Virus record (IMG/VR): IMGVR_UViG_3300036713_000599
Strand: one strand, 5' to 3'
DNA length: 64,000 nucleotides
Source of the DNA: a virus
Taxonomy: Duplodnaviria > Caudoviricetes
Part shown: positions 8,382 through 16,932 of the stretch, piece after piece
Numbering within the stretch: the stretch's first letter is position 1
Layout of the letters: every line of letters starts with the position of its first letter
Translations under genes and position numbers: made by a program
Notes under the pieces: generated by a model
Database searches by the model: none
What the model saw: only the letters and a program-made list of their open reading frames with translations
What the model was told of the DNA's origin: nothing

Positions 8382-9947
8382 GTGGAACAACTTAACACCA
8401 TTATCTGTGGCATCACCCTCGAAGTACTAAAAACCCTCCCCGACAATTCTGTCGACGCTGTTGTGACCGACCCCCCTTATGGTCTCGGCCAAAGGAAGAT
8501 TTCGTCGGAACAGCTCGTTGGGTTCCTGCAGGGAGATGGTCTTGACACAGGGGGAGACTTTATGGGGGCTAAATGGGAGATTCCTTCTGTCCTCGTGTGG
8601 AAAGAAGTGTACCGAGTTTTGAAGCCCGGTGGTCACGTTTTGTCGTTTGGGGGAACGCGGACAATAGATCTCATTAGCTTGGGTCTTCGGGCAGCTGGTT
8701 TTGAATTTCGCGATTCGATTTTGAACATGTACGCTTGGTGTTATGGGTCAGGTATGCCAAAATCTGAGAACATTTCCAAGCGGATAGACAAAAGAGCGGG
8801 TGCTAAAAGGGAGGTTGTCGGTAAGAGCCCTTACGCGGCCCGTGCAAATAAGCACCCAAGAGCTATGTCTCCAGGCGACCTTCCCAGGAAGGTTGAAGAC
8901 ACGAGGGAGATCACAGCTCCTGCGACTCCCGAGGCTAAGCTTCACGAGGGTAAGGGTACGGGACTCAAGCCTTCTTTCGAGCCCGTCGTGCTTTTCCGCA
9001 AACCCTGTGAAGGCACCACTACGGACAATGTCTTGAAGTATGGGACAGGTGCTCTCAATATTGATGCGTGTCGAGTTAAGCATTCAAACAAGAAGGATTT
9101 TGAGAACCACAAGTCCCAGGTCGACGCGGTCAGAGCCAAGGGCGGAGTGCGGGACGGATCTTGGAAGAATGCTTCGGACCTTTCTGGGGCTAGTGAGGTG
9201 ACTTCGGCCGGTCGGTGGCCGCCGAACATGACGCTGACGCACCATCTAGATTGTCGGAAGGTTGGGAGTAGGAAGGTGGACGCTCCCGTCATTAATCGGT
9301 TTGATGACGGAGCCAAGCCTTTTGGTGGTGGGGCCGGCCACCAGTACACCTCGACGCAGACGGGTGATGCCGACGGGAAAGAAGACATCATTGTCTGGGA
9401 TTGCGTTGAGGGGTGCCCAGTCAGAGAACTGGATGAACAAAGTGGTGTACTGACTTCTGGTACAGGCGCTGTGAAGAAGGCTTCTGCGAGAGGGGGGAAA
9501 CGTCAAGGGGTTGTTTATGGGAAAGAGACTCGACCAGAAAACACGCCGAATATTGAGTATGTGGGTTCTGGTGGAGCTTCTCGCTTCTACGGCCAGTTCC
9601 AGGACTCCGGGGCACCCTTCCGGTACGTCACCAAACCTTCGGCCAAAGAGTACACCCTCAACGGGCAGATCGAGAATACGCATCCGACCAAAAAACCAAT
9701 AGATTTAATGCGTTGGCTCGTTAGGCTCGTATGTACCAAGGGAGGCACGGTTCTTGATCCTTATTGCGGGTCAGGGTCAACTCTTCACGCAGCCTGCGAG
9801 GAGGGCATGAACTACATCGGTATCGACAAGAACGAGACTGCTTGCAAGATTTCTCGTGATCGGATGAACATTGTCTCAGGTAGGGAGGAGGCACGTCGTG
9901 ACCAAATGGATGTTTTTGACCTTATGATGGGGCTAGACGATGAGTAA
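8382..9947 (+). CDS. N6-adenine/N4-cytosine DNA methyltransferase (beta class)
   Basis: VVTDPPY catalytic motif near the N-terminus; HPTKKP and VLDPYCGSGST SAM-binding motif near the C-terminus. Confidence 0.92.
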   Translation: MEQLNTIICGITLEVLKTLPDNSVDAVVTDPPYGLGQRKISSEQLVGFLQGDGLDTGGDFMGAKWEIPSVLVWKEVYRVLKPGGHVLSFGGTRTIDLISLGLRAAGFEFRDSILNMYAWCYGSGMPKSENISKRIDKRAGAKREVVGKSPYAARANKHPRAMSPGDLPRKVEDTREITAPATPEAKLHEGKGTGLKPSFEPVVLFRKPCEGTTTDNVLKYGTGALNIDACRVKHSNKKDFENHKSQVDAVRAKGGVRDGSWKNASDLSGASEVTSAGRWPPNMTLTHHLDCRKVGSRKVDAPVINRFDDGAKPFGGGAGHQYTSTQTGDADGKEDIIVWDCVEGCPVRELDEQSGVLTSGTGAVKKASARGGKRQGVVYGKETRPENTPNIEYVGSGGASRFYGQFQDSGAPFRYVTKPSAKEYTLNGQIENTHPTKKPIDLMRWLVRLVCTKGGTVLDPYCGSGSTLHAACEEGMNYIGIDKNETACKISRDRMNIVSGREEARRDQMDVFDLMMGLDDE

Positions 9948-10560
9948 ATTGGATCTTTCCTCTTTCGCGTACGTACCGATCGACAGTGACGACCCCAACA
10001 AGATCTACAGCAAACCCTTCTCTGTTTTGGATATTGTTGGGAATGTGTGGAACGTTGTGACTAACAGGGAGTGGCTTGTCGCAGTGAAGGGGAAGGCTGT
10101 TTACGGTCGATGGAAAGGCGGAGAGAGTCAACTCAATGCCGTGCTGAAGTTTGTCCAGTCAAACAAGATCAATCCTCGTCGTATAGCTGTCACCAAACTT
10201 CAGGATCTGGTGACAAAGAGTAGGACAGGTGTCTTCAAGTTCCCCCGGGAAGAGAACCAAGAGGGGGATGGTCGAGCTGTTGTTCAGTTAAGTAAGCTCG
10301 CTACCGTCCTTGAGGCATGCACGAAGGAGTACCTTGAGGTGTGGGATGCGTCTACCACGGCCAACTATTTGCCCTGCGTTGGCCTCTCGGAGCCTGGTCG
10401 ACGAATGTTCCTTATGGGGTGGACGGGAAGTCTTTTGACGGCTGAGGATTTTGACGTGGATGGTGAATCTGAGAAGTCCCAGCCCACTGTCCAGGCGGTT
10501 GAACAACAGGAGTTTCCCGAAGGTATGGACGCGTTCGATATCATGATGAGTCTTGAATGA
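9940..10560 (+). CDS. Hypothetical protein
   Basis: 206 aa, overlaps the MTase stop; C-terminus MDAFDIMMSLE. Confidence 0.75.
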   Translation: MSKLDLSSFAYVPIDSDDPNKIYSKPFSVLDIVGNVWNVVTNREWLVAVKGKAVYGRWKGGESQLNAVLKFVQSNKINPRRIAVTKLQDLVTKSRTGVFKFPREENQEGDGRAVVQLSKLATVLEACTKEYLEVWDASTTANYLPCVGLSEPGRRMFLMGWTGSLLTAEDFDVDGESEKSQPTVQAVEQQEFPEGMDAFDIMMSLE

Positions 10561-10798
10561 GCCAAAGTTTTTTCGCACGCGTTAGCTTTTTGATGGCGTG
10601 TTCTCGTCTGAGGGCCTCTCCAAGGCTCTTTTGAGGTTCCCAGTGTACGAGACACCACGGTCCCTGCCCGCGCGTTCTGCGTGCACCTGAGCCGTTGTTG
10701 TGGGCTTTTAGTCTTCGGTCGATGTCGTTGGTTATGCCGGTATACAGGTGGTCGGTTTTTTGACTTCGGAGTATGTAGACTCCCCAGCCGGTTACCAT
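10541..10798 (-). CDS. GIY-YIG nuclease (small, stand-alone)
   Basis: GVYILRS...LYTGITNDIDRRLKAHNNG; ATG 10798 overlaps the upstream stop. Confidence 0.88.
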   Translation of the reverse strand: MVTGWGVYILRSQKTDHLYTGITNDIDRRLKAHNNGSGARRTRGQGPWCLVHWEPQKSLGEALRREHAIKKLTRAKKLWLIQDSS

Positions 10799-11421
10799 GT
10801 GAGGTTGCCTTCGTCTTTCCGCATACGGAGTTTGGATAGAATCCAAGGGCCGTGGACGGTGGAACAAAAAAGGCCGCCGGCCCACCTCTTCCGGTCGTAG
10901 TCGGACAAATCTTTCATGGCTCTGTCGCGTCGCATGGCGATGTTGTGTGCTGCCGCCCTGATCATATCGTCTCGGTACCGGCCCCAGTAGGGGGCGTGGG
11001 CCATAACCCAGACAGAATAGTCAACTTGCCCTTCTTCGTAGAATGGATCTCCCTCAGGAAAATCGTTTAGGTTCGCGTGAAGCAGCTCATGGCAGACTTT
11101 TTCGAGAGTCGTCCCTGGCCTGCCCTCAACATAGTCTTTACATAGCCGGATCTGGCCGTTGGATGGCTGGAAACTTGCGTTGGCTCCTGCCGCGTGAAAA
11201 GGGTCTTCGATGGGTAGGATGTTAGGAGAAGGTTCTTTCTGGAACGGTCCCAGGCACTCGTGTATGAAAACATAGCACTTGTAGGCAGACCTTTCGATAA
11301 AACGATCCCAGTTGTTTCCACAGATCTTGCTTTCGAAGAGTGTGGTGAGAGCGGCTGTCCGGGACTTAAGTAGCCGTCTAGAGGTGCTGTTGAGTTGTTC
11401 TTGGACTTCTTTGGGCAGCAT
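10792..11421 (-). CDS. Zincin-like HExxH metalloprotein
   Basis: LEKVCHELLHANL, downstream EEG. Confidence 0.6.
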   Translation of the reverse strand: MLPKEVQEQLNSTSRRLLKSRTAALTTLFESKICGNNWDRFIERSAYKCYVFIHECLGPFQKEPSPNILPIEDPFHAAGANASFQPSNGQIRLCKDYVEGRPGTTLEKVCHELLHANLNDFPEGDPFYEEGQVDYSVWVMAHAPYWGRYRDDMIRAAAHNIAMRRDRAMKDLSDYDRKRWAGGLFCSTVHGPWILSKLRMRKDEGNLTW

Positions 11422-11477
11422 ATCAACTCACATGGGGTACAAGAACTTCTTGTGCCCATCTTTCTATAGGAGATATC

Positions 11478-11720
11478 ATGTACAACTACGATCGTACTGC
11501 CAGTTCAGACGAACAGAAAGCTTCTGACCTTGTCAAGTTGGTTCGAGAGGCCGAGCAGCATCGCCGCAAGGCAGAAATGTCGCTAATAAAGGCCAAACTA
11601 GTGGTCAAGTCCTTGGACCCTGTGTTAGTCAAGGAATACAATAAGACGGTAGATCATCTCTCCAAGGCATCCAAAATGATCGACGATCTGTATCGGAAGG
11701 CGGTGGAGATTAGAGGCTAG
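11478..11720 (+). CDS. Small helical protein with DRTASSD motif
   Basis: GGAG SD; MYNYDRTASSDEQK. Confidence 0.7.
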   Translation: MYNYDRTASSDEQKASDLVKLVREAEQHRRKAEMSLIKAKLVVKSLDPVLVKEYNKTVDHLSKASKMIDDLYRKAVEIRG

Positions 11721-11762
11721 TGGTCTTTAATTTCCGCGATTCCGACTTTGTAGGAGTTTCCT

Positions 11763-12797
11763 ATGCCTAATGAAATGCCAGGGTCTGCCCGTTACGTCCG
11801 CACTAACCTTGCGACTCCTACAACAGGGGTCGGACTTACACCTACCTGGAGAGGACAGGCGATGCTTCCGAACACGTCGGTCCCTCTCTTACCGGGGGCA
11901 AGTTTTGATGCACGAGGTAGAGGTGCTTTCCCTTTGATGGTGCCGGGCAGGTTTCCCCGCGGTCCTCGTATTTCTGGGCAGCGTGGGACCTTTGATTTGT
12001 GGATCCGAACAGGAGCAGACGCCACGGCTCGCACTGTGGCTTATCTTACTGACGATCTTGCTCGGCTTTCGAATTTTATTGCGTTTAAGATCGATACGTC
12101 TAACCGGCCCCTCGTGGAGTTTCAGCAGGAGACAACTCCCCTCTCAGCTGCTACCGGGACTCTCATAGCAGTAGGTGCTCTTACCAACACGGAGACTGTT
12201 GTCGTTGACGGTAAAACCTACACGATCCAGAGCAGTCTTACTGATTCGGACGGGAATGTTTTACAAGGTGCCACAGTAAGCGATACTTTGAACAATCTTG
12301 TGGCGGCTATCACGCTCGGGCCAGGGAAGGGGACTCTGTACGCGGTTTCGACTACTCTACATCCAACTGTACTGGCGGCTCGTGGAGCAGGGGACACCAT
12401 GGTTGTGACTGCGAAGACTCTGGGTACTTCTGGTAACTCGATTACAACTACAGAGACGACTGTGAACGCGAGTTGGGGAGGAGCGACGCTCTCAGGTGGA
12501 GCTGGTACGACGACTACGCAGGCAGCAGTGACGCCAGGTGTCGGTTATCCTGTGGTAGGTGAGAACGTTCTCGTACATACCCAGATGAAGTGGGATACGT
12601 CGAATTTCGTGGATGGTGTGAGACACGTGTCTTTGGTGACAAACGAGGCACGTGTTCCTGATATTGACTGGTCAACAGATCCTACGTCTGCTTGGGCTCA
12701 CTTCGTCCCGACTCACCTGGTACTTGCGGGGCCAGCTCTAGGAGACGCTGAATTTAACGGTAGTGTGGTGGCAGCACAGCTTTCTGAGTCCCTCTAG
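11763..12797 (+). CDS. Putative virion structural protein
   Basis: 344 aa, Thr/Gly/Ala-rich beta-strand composition; segment ETVVVDGKTYT...TLNNLVAAI is typical of tail proteins. Confidence 0.6.
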   Translation: MPNEMPGSARYVRTNLATPTTGVGLTPTWRGQAMLPNTSVPLLPGASFDARGRGAFPLMVPGRFPRGPRISGQRGTFDLWIRTGADATARTVAYLTDDLARLSNFIAFKIDTSNRPLVEFQQETTPLSAATGTLIAVGALTNTETVVVDGKTYTIQSSLTDSDGNVLQGATVSDTLNNLVAAITLGPGKGTLYAVSTTLHPTVLAARGAGDTMVVTAKTLGTSGNSITTTETTVNASWGGATLSGGAGTTTTQAAVTPGVGYPVVGENVLVHTQMKWDTSNFVDGVRHVSLVTNEARVPDIDWSTDPTSAWAHFVPTHLVLAGPALGDAEFNGSVVAAQLSESL

Positions 12798-12834
12798 GCA
12801 GCACTGAATCCTCTTATTGATCGTGGTACGTACT

Positions 12835-12957
12835 ATGGCTGAAGAAAAAACCTGCAAGATCTGTAAACGTACTCGCCCAGTCACTGAGTTCGAGACCCGA
12901 AGAGGTCAACGCAAAAGCGTGTGTGTGAAATGCACACCTCCTAAAGGTAAGCCTTAG
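12835..12957 (+). CDS. 40-aa CxxC-CxxC zinc-finger peptide (not in ORF track)
   Basis: Translated by hand: MAEEKTCKICKRTRPVTEFETRRGQRKSVCVKCTPPKGKP. Confidence 0.55.
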   Translation: MAEEKTCKICKRTRPVTEFETRRGQRKSVCVKCTPPKGKP

Positions 12958-13042
12958 TCCTTGCTGCCAAGGGCTCGTCATTACCTTTTCGTTAACTGGT
13001 CTGGTCAGTGATTAAGTGTCTCAGCGAGATCACTGATTCTAG

Positions 13043-13288
13043 TTAGTGTGTTCTTCTGGCGGCACTGTGGAATATTTTAGCAAGGTCGTCTTCGTTCGGA
13101 TCGTTTTCCGAGTCTTCTCTTAACCTGATGGCGTCAACTGATCGGGCTATTTTACGATCGGTCACTTTGTGGCTAAGGTTGAACGCTTTAGCTACAGCGT
13201 ATGAGAAGTCGCCAAAGTCTTTTATGAATTCTCGGCACCATGGGTAGGGCTTACCTGTGGCCTTGCTCAACTTGCTCGCTCTGTTCAC
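13043..13288 (-). CDS. Hypothetical protein
   Basis: GGTGTA-N10-GTG places the start at 13288 (MNRASKLSK...). Confidence 0.6.
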   Translation of the reverse strand: MNRASKLSKATGKPYPWCREFIKDFGDFSYAVAKAFNLSHKVTDRKIARSVDAIRLREDSENDPNEDDLAKIFHSAARRTH

Positions 13289-13387
13289 ATTCCAAGTATA
13301 CACCGACGTATGGGTGTATACCACCTTCCCTGGAAGCAGTTTCTGGTTTTTAGTGGAGAAGGTTGTTGGTTTAAGTCCAACTAGGTA

Positions 13388-13759
13388 TTAGTCAATTGCC
13401 CCTGGAGTGCTCCCTTTTTCAGGTTCATCTAGCCTGGCAAGAAGCTTCGCGGGAAGATACCTCTTTTCTGTTTTCTGTCCCAATTCTTGTGCCAGTTTTT
13501 GGGCTTCCGTCATTCCTCCAGAGAACCCTAGATCTGCATAGAAAGCTCGAAGATCAGCAACCCTGGCCCAACAGAACCCAGCCTCCATACCTAGTCTTCG
13601 TTCTTCTGGGACGCGGTCGTCAAGCATCTGGGTGTATATCAGGTGTGATGCGTACGGTGCTTCCCCTCTTCTGAGGCTGTCTAGGCAACAAAGCCTAGTG
13701 TATCTTGTGTTTCGGGCGAAGTCTCCGCTGAGGGGCGATTCAATGATGACTCTCTTCAT
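13388..13759 (-). CDS. DUF4406/DUF7768-like (nucleoside deoxyribosyltransferase-like fold) phage protein
   Basis: MKRVIIESPLSGD...GEAPYASHLIYTQMLDD...G..W pattern; GGTGTA-N10-ATG. Confidence 0.65.
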   Translation of the reverse strand: MKRVIIESPLSGDFARNTRYTRLCCLDSLRRGEAPYASHLIYTQMLDDRVPEERRLGMEAGFCWARVADLRAFYADLGFSGGMTEAQKLAQELGQKTEKRYLPAKLLARLDEPEKGSTPGAID

Positions 13760-13996
13760 GTGACTTGTGTACACCAAAGGAGGGCGGGGCGGAATCGCCG
13801 GTTTTGTCCTCTGGTGGTTAGAAGAGCCGGCTTCTAACCAGACAACAGTAAGGTGTGTCCTAAGGCTGGTGGGTCGGTCTCTAGAACTGACTACAGGTGT
13901 CCGATCCGATCTCCTGTTTGGAGTCGTGTAGTGGTCAGGTTTCTTTCATTTGCCTACTGTAGTAGGATACTGTGCGAGTCCGAGTCTCGCTGGTTA

Positions 13997-15181
13997 TCAC
14001 GGAATAGCTCCACCGAGCAGCCCTTGTACGGCGGTCGCTAGTCGATCGATAGCGTCGTTGAGGTCAGTGGGGACAGGAGGGTTCCAGTTTGCTGGGGCTG
14101 TTGTCGTGTAGCCTGCTGTGTTGATGTAGGCCGCACCTGTCCCCGCTGTGGTGCCAGTGATGACATTGGCGTCGAGCCTCAGGGTCCCAGAAGCCCCTAC
14201 ATTGTATGCCTGGGTGCTGTCGAGATAGAGAGTTTTAAGGGAGACCTCTCCACCATTGCACACAATGCCAGCACCTGACCCAGCTCCGATTTCGAGTATG
14301 TGTGCGACATACCCGATGGTTGTCCCGCTGCCGATTCTTGCGATACCTATTCCAGTGCCGGTGATATAAATGTCTTCGGCCATGATATGAGTGTGGCCGT
14401 TCGCGACACTTGCGTCCCCTATAGCGTTACCGTTTTCTACGAAGGTCGAACGAACTTCGTAGATCAGAACACCCCCGGTAGCCAGGTTTGCACAACCTGT
14501 TGAACCCCCTGTGGCGTATACGGCCTGGGCCTCCACTCTCGTTGTCCCTGTCTGCCCAGAGGGCTTCAGGATTCCGTAGGGATTACCGGACGCTTCGACT
14601 GTGCCAATGTCTGTGTAGGTATCATCGGCAACGGTCAGGGTTCCTTGTAGGGTGATGTTGGGGGCGTACAGGTGCACCCAATCACTGAGAGTAATGTCTT
14701 CCGCGTACACGCCAGCATCTAGGCACGTAATCGAGAATTGGTTGGTTGAGCTTGGTGTTGCTGCTACAGCGGCGTCTTTGGCAGATGTTAGGGTGAGCTT
14801 CGCCGTGTCATAGCTCAATCCTGTGTTCGCGTCATTTCCATGTTTACCAACCCAGTACCGTTGGACGCTTGCGGGGAGCGAGCCTCCAGCAGAAGGTAGG
14901 AGAAGCCATCTCCCCTCTCCGGATTTGGTTGCGACGACCGTTGAGCCGTTTGGGGTTGCTGTTGAGGACCTGTCAACGTAGAAAGTCTGGTTTCCTTGTT
15001 TGACTGGTTTTCTAGCATTGTCCAGAAGACTATAATCGTCAACCTCTTCGAGGTCAGGAGGTGTATCTACCGGCTCAATCTGAGCTTCAAGTATATTGAA
15101 AGGGGCGTCCATCCGTCGAGTCAGGTCGGCGGGAACGAACGCTTCTCGGAGAACACGGCTTTTGGGATAGAGGTTCGGCAT
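13997..15181 (-). CDS. Putative tail spike/virion protein with pectin-lyase-like beta-helix
   Basis: YWVGKHGNDANTGLSYDTAKLTLTSA is a typical beta-helix entry motif; Gly/Thr/Ile-rich repeats. Confidence 0.6.
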   Translation of the reverse strand: MPNLYPKSRVLREAFVPADLTRRMDAPFNILEAQIEPVDTPPDLEEVDDYSLLDNARKPVKQGNQTFYVDRSSTATPNGSTVVATKSGEGRWLLLPSAGGSLPASVQRYWVGKHGNDANTGLSYDTAKLTLTSAKDAAVAATPSSTNQFSITCLDAGVYAEDITLSDWVHLYAPNITLQGTLTVADDTYTDIGTVEASGNPYGILKPSGQTGTTRVEAQAVYATGGSTGCANLATGGVLIYEVRSTFVENGNAIGDASVANGHTHIMAEDIYITGTGIGIARIGSGTTIGYVAHILEIGAGSGAGIVCNGGEVSLKTLYLDSTQAYNVGASGTLRLDANVITGTTAGTGAAYINTAGYTTTAPANWNPPVPTDLNDAIDRLATAVQGLLGGAIP

Positions 15182-15230
15182 GTCTCTTTTGCGAGGTCAC
15201 AAGAGGATTCTGGCGCAGGCGGCTAGACAA

Positions 15231-15309
15231 GTCAACTGCCTCGCCCTGAAGGGCGAGGCAGTTGACCCCCGCCCTGAAGGACGGGGTCTCCGCGCGAGAG
15301 ACCGATGAA
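15231..15309 (+). mobile_element. Minimal IS200/IS605 (IscB-type) element: left-end hairpin fused to right-end hairpin
   Basis: Perfect 16-bp stem GTCAACTGCCTCGCCC-TGAA-GGGCGAGGCAGTTGAC (15231-15266), then CCCCGCCC-TGAA-GGACGGGG...ATGAA. Confidence 0.7.
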
Positions 15310-15405
15310 TTTGGTTGGTGTGATGTACGGGAAGAAGGTCGACAAACCTAAGGCTCTTTGAGAATTTGGTCCGATTCGAGGAAGATAGGAGGAGGTCCCT
15401 ACTTG

Positions 15406-15783
15406 CTACTTTAGGGCGCGTCTACCTAGTGTCACGAATTCACCTAAGGACATTCGCAAGGCTTCTTGCCGTTTCTTGATACGATCTGAAACAGCCCTGA
15501 GTTTGGGAAACTCTTTCTTGTAGAAATCGCTGATATTGTAGTCTATGTCAGGCACTGATCTCACATATTTTAGAAATTCTTCGGCTTTCTTTACCTTCTG
15601 TTCGAGCATCTCTTTACCGTCTGAGCTTGCGGTTCGATCAGGATCAAGCCTGTCTGCGAGATCGTGTAGTTTTTCTGCTACGACCTCTCTGCTTGGTCTT
15701 TCGTACGAACTGACGAATTCTAAGACATTCTGGATCTCTGTCTGTAGCTCTTGGGGAGATGCTATCTTTTTCATGTAAGCCAT
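15406..15783 (-). CDS. Hypothetical helical protein with DRTASSD motif
   Basis: MKKIASPQEL...DRLDPDRTASSDGKE. Confidence 0.7.
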   Translation of the reverse strand: MAYMKKIASPQELQTEIQNVLEFVSSYERPSREVVAEKLHDLADRLDPDRTASSDGKEMLEQKVKKAEEFLKYVRSVPDIDYNISDFYKKEFPKLRAVSDRIKKRQEALRMSLGEFVTLGRRALK

Positions 15784-15806
15784 GGGCTAAAAAATGTTTA
15801 TCACGG

Positions 15807-15835
15807 TTGACAACTGTATTTTCTGGCGGTATAGA
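15807..15835 (+). promoter_or_regulatory. Sigma70-like promoter TTGACA-N17-TATAGA
   Basis: Perfect -35, 17-nt spacer, 4/6 match at -10; points into the non-coding structured region. Confidence 0.5.
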
Positions 15836-15899
15836 TAGAATTGATAGGAAGTGGAGTCAACGATAACCAAGTTGGCGTCATTTTTCATCACAACCGGTA

Positions 15900-16177
15900 G
15901 GAAACATATACGGTGTTATTATCTCGGGGTGCCGACAGGCTCCGCCCCCTGCGTAAGCGGCTTGGGCGGAAATAAATCGATAATGGCTTAGGTCGCCCGA
16001 CTAAACCGAAGCCCTCAGCTGGGAAGAGACAAGGTGCTCAATACGGGAGCGAGCCCACACCCAGCACACCCTTGGTTGGTTTTTTCTGGCCTCGTGGTGC
16101 CCGTTGACGGCTCGGAAAGACGAGCACTTGAGCATACTTGGAGTTCCGGTGTGGTTCGATTCCACCTATGCTCTCCT
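15900..16177 (+). ncRNA. Divergent tmRNA-like structured RNA (5' end uncertain)
   Basis: H-type pseudoknot followed by AATAAATCG, further hairpins and pseudoknots, a long-range helix, 3' T-arm GTGG-TTCGATT-CCAC; acceptor stem non-canonical. Confidence 0.55.
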
Positions 16178-16227
16178 AGAACCATTTTACCTCATAGAGA
16201 TAAAATGGTGGATCGGACAACGACTCT

Positions 16228-16503
16228 TTACGAGGAGCTTGTAAAGACACCGCGCACCCATGAAACTACTAGGGCTAGGAGACCTCCTATGAACACGGCG
16301 TTGAGGAACAACAAGCCTCCCATGTCGTGGTGAATGAGTCTCCCGCCCCAATGTAGGAGGCTGGGGAGGCGGCTGACATCTGGCTGGATGGACAACTCCG
16401 TCTCTAGCTGAATTTGAGGATTTGCTAGGAGATCCACGACGGCGTAGACGAGGATACCTATAGTGTTGATTCCCCAGAGGAGCAGGAACTTTTTGACACT
16501 CAC
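16228..16503 (-). CDS. Small 2-TM membrane protein (holin-like candidate)
   Basis: Two hydrophobic segments in 91 aa. Confidence 0.55.
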   Translation of the reverse strand: MSVKKFLLLWGINTIGILVYAVVDLLANPQIQLETELSIQPDVSRLPSLLHWGGRLIHHDMGGLLFLNAVFIGGLLALVVSWVRGVFTSSS

Positions 16504-16535
16504 GATCTATCTGTTCGATAAGTGGACCACAAGGA

Positions 16536-16916
16536 CTACAGTACAGGTTCATTGTCTTTTACGAGTTGCCCGATCGTTTTGGCGAGATAGTCTGCTACCT
16601 TGGAGGGATGCCCGCTCTTGGCACGAACCTTCTTGGCACCGAATAGGTTGACCAATGCCTTGGCTTTGACCTTTGTGGCGGGATCTTGGTCGAAGTCCAC
16701 CATGAAGACAGCACGGTTGTTCATTGCTTGTGCGCCTGTCGATCCATAGGACTTCGGTAGATTGATAAGAGTGACTGCGACATTTGTTGATCCGAAGCGG
16801 CTGTCCACTTCGACAAACACTTGTCGATCTTCGACATTAAGTTTTCTTTCAAGCTCTTTTTTGAAGTCTTCGGCACTCATGGGTTCGTCGGCAGATGTTT
16901 TGTAATAGTCGTTCAT
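16536..16916 (-). CDS. Hypothetical protein
   Basis: GAGG SD; class A promoter at 16933-16962. Confidence 0.7.
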   Translation of the reverse strand: MNDYYKTSADEPMSAEDFKKELERKLNVEDRQVFVEVDSRFGSTNVAVTLINLPKSYGSTGAQAMNNRAVFMVDFDQDPATKVKAKALVNLFGAKKVRAKSGHPSKVADYLAKTIGQLVKDNEPVL

Positions 16917-16932
16917 TTTTTAACCTCTGCGT

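Noticed and set aside
8750-9600. Large insert in the methyltransferase as a novelty
   Set aside because: Long variable regions are common in this phage MTase family; no intein or endonuclease motifs
16130-16177. Canonical tRNA gene
   Set aside because: Only 13 nt lie between the 5' acceptor-like strand and the T-arm; no D or anticodon arm, no CCA. Treated as part of the tmRNA-like RNA
16034-16333. 99-aa + strand ORF
   Set aside because: No SD, unnatural composition; overlaps the structured RNA and an opposite-strand membrane gene
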